Origin: Oscillospiraceae bacterium
GTDB taxonomy: Bacteria; Bacillota; Clostridia; Oscillospirales; Acutalibacteraceae
Assembly: GCA_050873305.1 (NCBI GenBank)
Contig: JBNMIN010000001.1
Coordinates: 1-45,724, forward strand
Direction: 5' to 3'
DNA length: 45,724 nt
Shown: positions 10,205-18,488 of the stretch, piece by piece
How the letters are laid out: each line of letters begins with the position of its first letter
How positions within the stretch are numbered: the first letter of the stretch is position 1
Made by a program: the position numbers and the translations under genes
Notes under the pieces: generated by a model
Seen by the model: only the letters and a program-made list of their open reading frames with translations
Databases searched by the model: none
Told to the model about the DNA's origin: nothing

Positions 10205-11008
10205 ATGGTAGACTTTAAGCAGAAAGAAAAATACGATATAAACGATCTCCTTGAGATCATGCGTCTGCTCCGCGCTCCGGGCGGCTGCCCGTGGGATGCC
10301 CAGCAGACTCATATGAGCATCCGCAAGAACCTTATCGAAGAGACTTACGAAGTCATCGAGGCTATCGACAAGGACGATAAGGAGCTGATGACCGAAGAGC
10401 TCGGTGATCTGCTCATGCAGGTCGTGTTCCACTCTCAGATGGAGCAGGAGGCGGGCAACTTCGATTTCGGCGATGTCACCGACGGCGTGTGCAAAAAGCT
10501 CATTGAGCGCCACCCGCATGTTTTCGGCGAGGTTGAGGTCTCCGGTGTCGGCGATGTGCTCAACAACTGGGACGCCATAAAGCGCCGCTCGAAGGGGCAG
10601 AAAAAAGGGAGCGAGCCTATGCTCAGCATCCCGCGTGAGCTTCCCGCGCTTATGAGAGCGACAAAGATTCAGCAGAAAGCGGCGGCGGTCGGCTTTGACT
10701 GGGACGATGTCTCCGGTGCTCAGCAGAAAGTGCTCGAGGAGGCAAAGGAGCTTTCCGAGGCTATCGAATCTGGCGACAAGGAGCATATTTCCGAGGAACT
10801 CGGCGATTTGCTTTTCTCTGCCGTCAATGTCTCGCGCTTCGTTAAGTGCGATGCCGAGGAGGCGCTGACTGCGGCTTCCGATAAGTTTATAGCCCGTTTC
10901 ATCCGCGTCGAACAGCTTGCGCGCGAGCGCGGCATCGATATGGAGTCCGCTCCGCTTGAAAAGCTCGACGAACTCTGGGATGAAGCCAAGGCGGAGAGCA
11001 GAAAATAA
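10205..11008 (+). CDS. mazG: Nucleoside triphosphate pyrophosphohydrolase MazG
   Basis: GGCPWD, EETYE, EELGDLL (twice), KLIERHPHVFG, GFDW. Lacks the N-terminal methyltransferase domain of B. subtilis YabN. Confidence 0.93.
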   Translation: MVDFKQKEKYDINDLLEIMRLLRAPGGCPWDAQQTHMSIRKNLIEETYEVIEAIDKDDKELMTEELGDLLMQVVFHSQMEQEAGNFDFGDVTDGVCKKLIERHPHVFGEVEVSGVGDVLNNWDAIKRRSKGQKKGSEPMLSIPRELPALMRATKIQQKAAAVGFDWDDVSGAQQKVLEEAKELSEAIESGDKEHISEELGDLLFSAVNVSRFVKCDAEEALTAASDKFIARFIRVEQLARERGIDMESAPLEKLDELWDEAKAESRK

Positions 11009-11073
11009 TAATGATGACTGTGTCCAACGGACATTGCATAAAAAGAAAAGAAAAACAAAAGGAGAAACACGTA

Positions 11074-11349
11074 ATGAATAAGACAGAGTTTATCGCTGCC
11101 GTTGCAGCAAAAGAGGGACTTGAGAAGAAGACCGCCGAGAAGGCTGTCAACGCTGTTATCGCTTGCATCGGCGATGCTCTCGCATCGGGCGACAAGATCC
11201 AGATCGCAGGCTTCGGTACTTTCGAGGTCAGAGAGCGCGCAGCTAAGACTGCCCGTAACCCCAGAACCGGCGAGACCATCGATGTCCCCGCATGCAAGGT
11301 TCCCGCTTTCAAGGCCGGCAAGGGTCTTAAAGATAAGGTTGCTGAATAA
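11074..11349 (+). CDS. hup: DNA-binding protein HU
   Basis: MNKTEFI..., GFGTFEVRERAA, RNPRTGETI, PAFKAGKGLKD. AAGGAG RBS. Confidence 0.96.
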   Translation: MNKTEFIAAVAAKEGLEKKTAEKAVNAVIACIGDALASGDKIQIAGFGTFEVRERAAKTARNPRTGETIDVPACKVPAFKAGKGLKDKVAE

Positions 11350-11350
11350 T

Positions 11351-11541
11351 TTGGCTTGCCGCATTTAGCGCAGACCAAAGAGCAAAAAAAGTTGCAGGTC
11401 ATAATTCGTGGCTGAGAACGCGGATTATGACCTTTGTTTTAGCTTTTTTGCTTTTTTAAGCGCTTTTTTGCCCACTCGCGGTACCTTTGTACAGCTTCGG
11501 GGCAAAGAAACCGCTTTCTGCATCTAAATGCGACAACCCAA
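11351..11541. repeat. 191-bp structured element with imperfect terminal inverted repeats and two internal hairpins (MITE-like repeat or structured RNA; contains the likely hup terminator)
   Basis: TTGGCTTGCCGCATTTAGCGCAGA (11351-11374) pairs imperfectly with TCTGCATCTAAATGCGACAACCCAA (11517-11541). Internal stems AGGTCATAATTCGTG/CGCGGATTATGACCT and TTTGCCC/GGGCAAA. Confidence 0.55.
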
Positions 11542-11589
11542 GGTTTGTTCTAATGTTCTGAAAGGATGCGGCTTGTGCCGCGGAATGTT

Positions 11590-11829
11590 ATGAGACTTGA
11601 TAAGTATCTGAAAGTGTCGCGCCTGATAAAGCGCCGCACCGTCGCAAACGAGGTCTGCGACGCAAAGCATGTCACGGTAAACGGCAAAATAGCCCGCGCG
11701 TCTTATGATGTGAAGGTCGGCGATGTCATTGAGATATCCATGGGTCAGAATGTGACCCGCGCGCGTGTTCTCAATGTTGCCGAGACTGTCCGCAAAGAGG
11801 ACGCCGCCGCGATGTACGAAATTCTGTAA
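11590..11829 (+). CDS. yabO: RNA-binding S4 domain protein (YabO/RqcP)
   Basis: MRLDKYLKVSRLIKRRTVANE...VKVGD...AMYE; conserved position after hup. Confidence 0.92.
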   Translation: MRLDKYLKVSRLIKRRTVANEVCDAKHVTVNGKIARASYDVKVGDVIEISMGQNVTRARVLNVAETVRKEDAAAMYEIL

Positions 11830-11835
11830 ATCGGT

Positions 11836-11885
11836 CATAATCATGAGCCTCCCGCCGTATTATTAACGGACGGGAGGTTTTATTT
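11836..11885 (+). promoter_or_regulatory. Terminator-like hairpin overlapping a putative SigE promoter and the yabP RBS
   Basis: Stem AGCCTCCCG-CCGT/ACGG-A-CGGGAGGTT followed by T-rich tract. ATA (11837)-16 bp-CGTATTAT resembles the SigE consensus ATa-N16-18-cATAcanT. Confidence 0.5.
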
Positions 11886-12167
11886 ATGACGGAAGAAAAC
11901 AAAGTTCAGGCATTGCCCCACAATCTTATAATGGAAAACAGAAATCGCCTGACCGTCTCCGGCGTGTCCGATGTGGACAGCTTTGACGAGCAGACGGTCG
12001 TGATATTCACGCAGATGGGGGAGCTGACCGTGCGCGGCAGCGACCTGCATATAATCAATCTCAATGTCGACAGCGGCGAGCTGAGCCTTGAGGGTACGGT
12101 CAATTCGCTGACCTATTCAGATGAACAGCCCGGAAAAGGCGGATTTTTCAGCCGCGTGTTCCGCTGA
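11886..12167 (+). CDS. yabP: Sporulation protein YabP
   Basis: HNLIMENR...SGVSDVDSFDE...G.L.L..LNVDSGEL.LEG.V.SL.Y...GFFSRVF. Confidence 0.92.
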   Translation: MTEENKVQALPHNLIMENRNRLTVSGVSDVDSFDEQTVVIFTQMGELTVRGSDLHIINLNVDSGELSLEGTVNSLTYSDEQPGKGGFFSRVFR

Positions 12168-12751
12168 TGGAGTATATCCAGGGGCTGGACGGCCAGATAT
12201 CCGTCTTTCTGCATTCGCTCGGCATCGGCTTTCTGCTCGGAGTGTTCTATGATGCCGTGTGCGCCGTCCGCGCCGTTTTGCCGGGCGGGCGAAAGGTCAT
12301 ATTCGTGACCGATATTCTCTATGTAATAATCTGCGCCTTTGCTTCGTTTTGTTTTATACTCGTGCTCAATGACGGGCGCACCCTGCTCTATATCCTCGCG
12401 GCGCAGCTACTCGGCTTTGCAGCCGAACGCCTGAGCCTCGGCGCGGCGGCAAAACATCTTGGATTGCTCATTTCGTCAAAGCTCAGAAATCTCTTTTGGC
12501 GGATAAAAGACGCCGTCAGCAAGCCGCTTTGCAGCTTAAAAGAAAAAATATCACAGAAATTAACGCCGCCCGGGGAAAAAGACGGAATAATGTCAAATAA
12601 AAATGAAAAAAATATGAATTACCTCTTGAAAAAGGGGCGCAATATGTTGTATACTTTGAATAGGCAAATATGCCCCAAAGCAAGGAAACAGAAGGTCAAA
12701 GGGAAACGTAAGAATGTCGGAAAAAAAGCGCAGACTCAAAAAAAGGCATAG
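12167..12751 (+). CDS. yabQ: Spore cortex biosynthesis protein YabQ
   Basis: Coupled to yabP (TGATG); GFLLGVFYD, TDILY, NDG motifs with three TM segments; basic C-terminal tail overlaps divIC. Confidence 0.75.
   Translation: MEYIQGLDGQISVFLHSLGIGFLLGVFYDAVCAVRAVLPGGRKVIFVTDILYVIICAFASFCFILVLNDGRTLLYILAAQLLGFAAERLSLGAAAKHLGLLISSKLRNLFWRIKDAVSKPLCSLKEKISQKLTPPGEKDGIMSNKNEKNMNYLLKKGRNMLYTLNRQICPKARKQKVKGKRKNVGKKAQTQKKA
12626..12655 (+). promoter_or_regulatory. Internal sigma-A promoter for divIC-yabR inside yabQ
   Basis: TTGAAA (12626-12631)-18 bp-TATACT (12650-12655) in an AT-rich patch of yabQ. Confidence 0.55.
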
Positions 12752-13022
12752 TACCATACTGATGATCGTGTTCGCGGTCGCAGTGTGTTATTTCCTTATA
12801 TCCTTTATAGTCATGCAGTCCGATATCAAATCTCAGGAGAAGTACATTGCTCAGCTCAACACTCAGCTTGCCGATAAGAAAGCCGAGAATGAGGAGCTTG
12901 AAAAGCTTGTCAAGAGTTCGGATCTCGATGATTATGTCGAGCAGATAGCAAGGCGTGAACTCGGCTATGTTTTCCCGGATGAAAGGGTATATTACAACGA
13001 ACAGCAGTCGGCCGACAAGTAA
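12714..13022 (+). CDS. divIC: Septum formation initiator (DivIC/FtsB family)
   Basis: Basic N-terminus, single TM, coiled coil, YVEQIARRELGYVFPDERVY motif; yabQ-divIC-yabR synteny. Confidence 0.85.
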   Translation: MSEKKRRLKKRHSTILMIVFAVAVCYFLISFIVMQSDIKSQEKYIAQLNTQLADKKAENEELEKLVKSSDLDDYVEQIARRELGYVFPDERVYYNEQQSADK

Positions 13023-13044
13023 AAAAGGGGAGCAGCGTACTATT

Positions 13045-13560
13045 ATGCAGATCGAGCAGGGAAGTGTTGTTAAGGGTAAGGTGACCGGTCTTACCGATTT
13101 TGGTGCATTTGTTGAACTTGAGGGCGGAAAAACGGGCATGATCCATATTTCCGAGGTCTCAACATCTTATGTCAAGGATATCAGAGAGCATTTGCAGCTA
13201 AACCAGGAAGTTACGGCAAAGGTCATTTCAATCAGTCCCGAAGGCAAGATAGCCCTTTCGATAAAGAAGCTCAATGCTGACAATAACGGCGGCGACCGTC
13301 CTCAGCGCAGACCCCGTTCCTCGGGCGACAGACAGGGTCAGCAGAACAGACCGCATCAGCAGTCCTCCGGCCAGCGCAGACCGCCTCAGCAGGGCAGACA
13401 GGTCGAAGCCGTCAATCAGGAGACTTCCGGCAACCAGTCCTTTGAGGATATGATGGCAAAGTTCAAGCAGATCAGCGATGAAAAAATGACCGATCTGAAA
13501 AGATCTTCCGATTCCAAGCGCAGCGGAGGTTATTCGAGGCGCGGCGGCGGCAGACAGTAA
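13045..13560 (+). CDS. yabR: S1 RNA-binding domain protein (YabR family)
   Basis: GKVTGLTDFGAFVEL, GMIHISEVS, SFEDMMAKFKQISDEK, RRGG tail; Q/R/P-rich linker. Confidence 0.88.
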   Translation: MQIEQGSVVKGKVTGLTDFGAFVELEGGKTGMIHISEVSTSYVKDIREHLQLNQEVTAKVISISPEGKIALSIKKLNADNNGGDRPQRRPRSSGDRQGQQNRPHQQSSGQRRPPQQGRQVEAVNQETSGNQSFEDMMAKFKQISDEKMTDLKRSSDSKRSGGYSRRGGGRQ

Positions 13561-13574
13561 AAAAATGCATTATC

Positions 13575-13599
13575 AGGCGGGCGTTCAGCCCGCTTTTTT
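13575..13599 (+). terminator. Rho-independent terminator
   Basis: GCGGGC-gttca-GCCCGC followed by TTTTTT. Confidence 0.8.
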
Positions 13600-13623
13600 G
13601 ATTTAAGAAAAAGGAGCGATCTT

Positions 13624-14763
13624 GTGATTATCAAAAACGCCGTTATACATACGGTAACGAACGGTACTATCGAAAACGGATATATCGAGTTTGACGAAAA
13701 AATAATCTCCCTGGGCGATATGAAAGACTGCCCGCAGGGCGAGGCTTATGACGCCAAGGGCGCGGCGCTCTATCCCGGCTTTATCGATGCCCATACCCAT
13801 ATCGGCATCACCGAGGACTCGCTGACCTTTGAGGGCGAGGACTGCAACGAGATGACCGATCCCGTCACCCCAAATCTCAGGGCGCTCGATGCCGTCAACG
13901 CGCTCGACAGATGCTTTGAAGAGGCGAGAGAAGCGGGCGTTACCTGCGTGCTGACCTGCCCGGGCAGCGCGAACCCGGTAGCCGGTCAGATAGCGGCGAT
14001 AAAGACCCACGGCGTGTGCATCGACGATATGGTTGTCAAGGCTCCCGCCGCGATGAAGTTCGCCCTCGGCGAGAATCCCAAGACTGTCTATAATGAGAAA
14101 AAGATGGCGCCCAGCACAAGAATGGCGACCGCCGCGATAATCCGAGAACAGCTGACAAAGACTCGCGAATATATCAAAAAAGACAAGGCGAGCCGCGAGT
14201 TCGACGCGAAGCTCGAAGCCCTCGCTCCGCTGTTTGAGGAGCATATGCAGATGCATATCCACGCCCACCGCGCCGATGATATCTTCACCGCCGTGCGTAT
14301 CGCCGAGGAGTTCGGACTCGATTATTGCGTCGTCCATTGCACTCAGGGTCATCTTATTGCCGACAGACTCGCGAAAGCCGGAGTCAAGGCGTTCAGCGGA
14401 CCTCTCATCAGCGACCGCTGCAAGCCCGAGCTCAAAGATTCCACCCCCGCAACCCCGGGCGTGCTCAGCAAAGCTGGCGTAAAGACCGCGATAGTCACCG
14501 ACCATCCGGTTATTCCTATCCAGTATCTGCCGCTGTGCGCGGGACTTGCCGTGCGCGAGGGCATGACTCATGATGATGCGCTGAGAGCTATAACCATAAA
14601 TCCCGCCGAGATGTGCGGAATCGCCGACCGCGTCGGCTCGCTCGAGGTCGGCAAGGATGCCGATATGAGCCTGTTCGATTCCGACCCGCTGACCCTCTTC
14701 GCAAAGCCTCTGCTCGTTGTCGGCGACGGCGAGATTCTCATGGAGGGAAAACCCAATGCGTGA
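13624..14763 (+). CDS. Metal-dependent amidohydrolase
   Basis: PGFIDAHTH, MKFALGENPK, HAHRADDI, TDHP, GSLEVGKDAD. GTG start after AAGGAG. Confidence 0.88.
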   Translation: MIIKNAVIHTVTNGTIENGYIEFDEKIISLGDMKDCPQGEAYDAKGAALYPGFIDAHTHIGITEDSLTFEGEDCNEMTDPVTPNLRALDAVNALDRCFEEAREAGVTCVLTCPGSANPVAGQIAAIKTHGVCIDDMVVKAPAAMKFALGENPKTVYNEKKMAPSTRMATAAIIREQLTKTREYIKKDKASREFDAKLEALAPLFEEHMQMHIHAHRADDIFTAVRIAEEFGLDYCVVHCTQGHLIADRLAKAGVKAFSGPLISDRCKPELKDSTPATPGVLSKAGVKTAIVTDHPVIPIQYLPLCAGLAVREGMTHDDALRAITINPAEMCGIADRVGSLEVGKDADMSLFDSDPLTLFAKPLLVVGDGEILMEGKPNA

Positions 14764-15598
14764 GATAGATGTCAGCCTCATAACCGAAGCGGTCAGCCGC
14801 GCGTGCATCAGCGCCAACAAAGTTCTGCCCGATGACCTCGCAGAGCTTATCAAAAAGAGCGCAGATACAGAAACCGACGATGTGCCCAAAGATATAATGT
14901 GCCGCCTGTGCGATAATCTCTGCGCCGCAAAGGAGCTGGATATCTCCATCTGCCAGGACACCGGCATGGCTGTTATCTTTGCAAAGGTCGGCCAGGATGT
15001 CCACTTTGTCGGCGGCAGCTTTAAAGATGCCGTCAACGCCGGAGTCGCAAAAGGCTACACCGAGGGCTATCTCAGAAAGTCGGTCGTTGCCGATCCGCTC
15101 AGGCGCGTCAATACCGGCGACAACACCCCGGCGGTTCTGCATATCGAGCTTGTCGAGGGCGATAAAGTTGAGCTGACTGTCGCTCCCAAGGGCTTCGGCA
15201 GCGAGAATATGAGCGCGCTTAAAATGTTCACTCCCTCCGCCTCGCGCGAAGATATTATAAACTATGTTGTCGATGTCGTCCGCCGCGCGGGGAGCAACCC
15301 CTGTCCGCCGATGGTCATAGGCGTCGGTATCGGCGGCGATTTCGAGCAGTGTGCGCTGCTCGCAAAAAAGGCTCTCTGCCGCCCGGTCAGCGAGCCGAAC
15401 TCCGATGAGTATTACGCCGCGATGGAATCGGAGATACTCGAAAAGGCGAATGCTCTCAACATAGGTCCTCAGGGCTTCGGCGGCAAGACGACCGCGCTGA
15501 GCGCCGCGGTCGAATTCGCTCCGACCCATATCGCGGGACTGCCCGTCGCGGTCAATATCGGCTGCCATGTCACCCGCCATGTGACCGTTGTTGTCTGA
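14756..15598 (+). CDS. Fe-S fumarate hydratase / L-tartrate dehydratase alpha subunit
   Basis: ICQDTG, GYLRKSVV, NTGDNTP, PKGFGSEN, NPCPP, GPQGFGG, HIAGLPVAVNIGCH motifs. Confidence 0.92.
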   Translation: MREIDVSLITEAVSRACISANKVLPDDLAELIKKSADTETDDVPKDIMCRLCDNLCAAKELDISICQDTGMAVIFAKVGQDVHFVGGSFKDAVNAGVAKGYTEGYLRKSVVADPLRRVNTGDNTPAVLHIELVEGDKVELTVAPKGFGSENMSALKMFTPSASREDIINYVVDVVRRAGSNPCPPMVIGVGIGGDFEQCALLAKKALCRPVSEPNSDEYYAAMESEILEKANALNIGPQGFGGKTTALSAAVEFAPTHIAGLPVAVNIGCHVTRHVTVVV

Positions 15599-15654
15599 TA
15601 TCTTGCCTTATTATAGAAAATTTGTAAATTTTTTAGAAATGCAGCTCTTTACTC

Positions 15655-15683
15655 TTTATTTTTTTAGTCATATGTGCTACAAT
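15655..15683 (+). promoter_or_regulatory. Putative extended -10 promoter for hpf
   Basis: TG-C-TACAAT (15675-15683) with weak -35 TTTATT 17 bp upstream. Confidence 0.45.
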
Positions 15684-15728
15684 ACAATCAGAGACAGAAG
15701 TCTCCAATAATTCTAAGGGGCTGACATT

Positions 15729-16256
15729 ATGAAAATAGTTATTACTGGACGCAAGTGTTCGCCGAGAGAATCATTCAAGGAGAGAGCGGAGAAAAAGCTT
15801 GCCAAGGTAGAGCGTTTCTTCGGCGACGAGGCGGAGGCAAAGATCACCGCCACTGTCGAGAAGTCAGGTCAGACAGTTGAGATAACCGTTATCAACAACG
15901 GTATGATATTCCGTGCGCAGGAGCGGGCGGAAAATATGAACGATGCGCTCGATAAATGCGTCGATTCGCTCGTTCGCCAGATTCGCAAGAACAAAACAAA
16001 GCTTGAAAAGCGTATGCGCTCTGCCGCGTTTGATGAACTCAATGACGGCGCGGACGTTGCGGACGAGAAAGAATATGACCTCGTCAGAACAAAGCGCGTC
16101 GCAGTCAAGCCGCAGACGGTCGATGAGGCTATTCTTCAGATGAATATGCTCGGCCATGAGTTCTATATGTTTATAAACGAGGCGACGGGTCTTGTCAGCG
16201 TAGTATATTGCCGTACCGACGGCGGCTACGGTCTGCTTGAGCCCAGCGCCGAATGA
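15729..16256 (+). CDS. hpf: Ribosome hibernation promoting factor (long HPF)
   Basis: N-terminal RaiA domain (RQIRKNKTKL) plus C-terminal dimerisation domain (VDEAILQMNMLGHEFYMF...YGLLEP). Confidence 0.93.
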   Translation: MKIVITGRKCSPRESFKERAEKKLAKVERFFGDEAEAKITATVEKSGQTVEITVINNGMIFRAQERAENMNDALDKCVDSLVRQIRKNKTKLEKRMRSAAFDELNDGADVADEKEYDLVRTKRVAVKPQTVDEAILQMNMLGHEFYMFINEATGLVSVVYCRTDGGYGLLEPSAE

Positions 16257-16275
16257 TTTGAATTTGTTTTTCTGA

Positions 16276-16305
16276 ACAAGGGGCGCGCCCTGGTGCGCCC
16301 CTTGT
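16276..16305 (+). terminator. GC-rich hairpin after hpf (terminator or stabiliser; weak U-tract)
   Basis: ACAAGGGGCGCGCC/GGTGCGCCCCTTGT stem. Confidence 0.55.
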
Positions 16306-16341
16306 ACTATGTGAAAATGAAAGTAGCTTTGAAAGGTAGTT

Positions 16342-17460
16342 TTGATGGATATAAATTTCGCAGTACCCTGTCTGCTGGGTCTTGAGGCGCCGATAGCCGA
16401 AGAACTCAGAAATATGGAGGCGTCGGATGTCCGCGCCGAAAACGGCCGCGTGCTTTTCAGCGGCGACGAAAATATTCTTGCCCGCGCAAATATCTGCTCG
16501 CGCTTTTCCGAGCGCGTGCTTGTGCTTCTCGGCTCGTTCGAGGCGCATAGCTTCGAGGAGCTTTTTCAGGGCACACGCGCCCTCCCGTGGGAGCAGTGGA
16601 TCGGCGCAGACGATGCGTTCCCAGTCAAGGGTTATTCCATCGATTCCGACCTTTTCAGTGTGCGCGACTGCCAGGCGATAATCAAAAAAGCGGTCGTAGA
16701 ACGCCTTAAACAGAAATATTCTATCGATTGGTTTGAAGAGAGCGGACCTGTCTATCAGATTCAGTTCTCTATAATGAAAAACAAAGTTTCGCTCATGCTC
16801 GACACCTCCGGCGCGGGACTCCATAAGAGGGGATACCGCCAGAACGCGAACGACGCCCCGATAAAAGAGACTCTTGCCGCGTCGCTTTGCTGGTTTTCGC
16901 GTTTGCGCCCGTATCATTCGCTCTATGACCCCATGTGCGGATCGGGCACGATACTTATCGAGGGTGCGATGATGGCGCGCAATATTGCCCCCGGAGTCAA
17001 TCGAAATTTTGCCGCCGAGCGCTGGAGCAATATCCCTCGCGATGTGTGGTATACCGAGCGCGAGCGTGCGCGCGACCTTGAGCGCGAGGCTCATGACTTC
17101 TTTGCTTACGGCTCCGATATCAGCCGTGAAGCTGCGGCTCTTACCGCCGCAAACGCCGAAGCTGCCGGCGTTGACGACCTCGTCAGCGTGCGCTGCTGCG
17201 AATTGAAAAAATTCGTTCCGCAGACCGAGCGCGGAACTCTTATATGCAACCCGCCTTACGGCGAGCGTATGCTCGATATCGAGCAGGCAAACGCGCTCTA
17301 TCGCGACATGGGTCGCGTGTTTGAGCGCCGCCACGGCTGGTCATATAGCATCATAACTCCGTGCGATACTTTTGAGCAGGAGTTCGGGCGCAAGGCTGAT
17401 AAACGCAGGAAATTATATAACGGCATGATAAAATGCCAGTTATTTATGTATTTTAAATAA
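16342..17460 (+). CDS. THUMP-domain RNA methyltransferase (RlmL/YpsC family)
   Basis: DTSGAGLHKRGYR, APIKETLAA, DPMCGSGT, NPPYGER, RRKLYNG motifs. Confidence 0.9.
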   Translation: MMDINFAVPCLLGLEAPIAEELRNMEASDVRAENGRVLFSGDENILARANICSRFSERVLVLLGSFEAHSFEELFQGTRALPWEQWIGADDAFPVKGYSIDSDLFSVRDCQAIIKKAVVERLKQKYSIDWFEESGPVYQIQFSIMKNKVSLMLDTSGAGLHKRGYRQNANDAPIKETLAASLCWFSRLRPYHSLYDPMCGSGTILIEGAMMARNIAPGVNRNFAAERWSNIPRDVWYTERERARDLEREAHDFFAYGSDISREAAALTAANAEAAGVDDLVSVRCCELKKFVPQTERGTLICNPPYGERMLDIEQANALYRDMGRVFERRHGWSYSIITPCDTFEQEFGRKADKRRKLYNGMIKCQLFMYFK

Positions 17461-17491
17461 GGCGAAAGAGGTAAAACAGGAGGTATTATTT

Positions 17492-18436
17492 GTGAAACAT
17501 ATTTTCCTCATCAATCCGGCAGCAGGAAAGAAGGGCAATGCCGAGAGCATTATCCGCCCCCAGATCGAGGACTATTGCGGCAAAGCGGGTCTCGACTATG
17601 AGATCTATGTCACAAAATGTCAGGGCGACGCCCAGAACTACTGCAGGGAACACGCAAAATCCGGCGAATCGCTCCGCTTCTATGCCTGCGGCGGCGACGG
17701 AACTCTCTATGAGGTAGTCAACGGCGCTTACGGCTATCCCAACTGCGAGGTCGCAGTTATCCCCATGGGTTCGGGCAATGACTTTGTCCGTCTGTTCGGC
17801 ACAAAGGAGCAGTTCTGCAATGTCGAGGCTCAGGTCACGGGTATCCCCGTTGAGCTTGATGTTATCAAGTGCGGCGATAAGATAGCCATCAACCAGTGTT
17901 CCATGGGCATGGACGCCGAGGTTTGCGCGAAGCAGTCCTATTTCAAGAAGATGCCGCTTATGACGGGTGAGACCGCGTATGTCGCGGCGGCTCTCCAGGC
18001 ACTCTGCAAGAAAATAGGTCATGAGTTCACCGTGACCATTGACGACGGCGAGCCGATAAAGCAGGATGTCCTGCTCTGCGTCGCGGCGAATTCCCGCTGG
18101 TACGGCGGCGGATTCCAGGCGGCTCCGCTCGCATGGCCGGACGACGGCAAGCTTGACTTTGTTATCATCCGCCACGACAGAGGTCGTTTGCGCCTGTTCC
18201 CGCTTCTTCAGAAGTATAAGAAGGGCAAGCATCTCGGTCTGCCGATGACCCAGTATATCAACGGCACAAAGCTGACTATCCACAGCGATGTTCCCGCGGC
18301 TGTCAATATCGACGGCGAGTGCGAGTATGTCAACGATGTCGTGTTCGAGCTTGTTCCCAAGGGAATCAAGTTCGTCGTGCCTCAGTTCTCCGAGTTCCAT
18401 AAGGGCAGAACCGAGCGCGAAGCGGCAAGAAAATAA
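17492..18436 (+). CDS. Diacylglycerol/lipid kinase family protein (YegS/DagK-like)
   Basis: NPAAG, GGDGT, GSGNDF, YGGG, DDGKLD, NIDGE motifs. GGAGG RBS, GTG start. Confidence 0.9.
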   Translation: MKHIFLINPAAGKKGNAESIIRPQIEDYCGKAGLDYEIYVTKCQGDAQNYCREHAKSGESLRFYACGGDGTLYEVVNGAYGYPNCEVAVIPMGSGNDFVRLFGTKEQFCNVEAQVTGIPVELDVIKCGDKIAINQCSMGMDAEVCAKQSYFKKMPLMTGETAYVAAALQALCKKIGHEFTVTIDDGEPIKQDVLLCVAANSRWYGGGFQAAPLAWPDDGKLDFVIIRHDRGRLRLFPLLQKYKKGKHLGLPMTQYINGTKLTIHSDVPAAVNIDGECEYVNDVVFELVPKGIKFVVPQFSEFHKGRTEREAARK

Positions 18437-18442
18437 AATAAA

Positions 18443-18476
18443 AAAGCACTGCCTGACGAAAGCCGGGCAGTGCTTT
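18443..18476. terminator. Bidirectional terminator between convergent genes
   Basis: AAAGCACTGCCTG/CGGGCAGTGCTTT stem flanked by A- and T-tracts. Confidence 0.8.
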
Positions 18477-18488
18477 GAAATATGAGAT

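Noticed and set aside
11351-11541. Possible 6S RNA, tRNA or known riboswitch
   Set aside because: Branched fold rather than the 6S rod with central bubble; no tRNA T/D-loop consensus; no riboswitch consensus I can recognise. Kept only as an unclassified element.
13603-15036. 477-aa antisense ORF and other long minus-strand ORFs (e.g. 1984-3018, 4733-5755, 16195-17334, 17486-18601, 30350-31330)
   Set aside because: They shadow well-supported genes on the opposite strand, have no recognisable motifs, and are expected from GC-rich codon bias.
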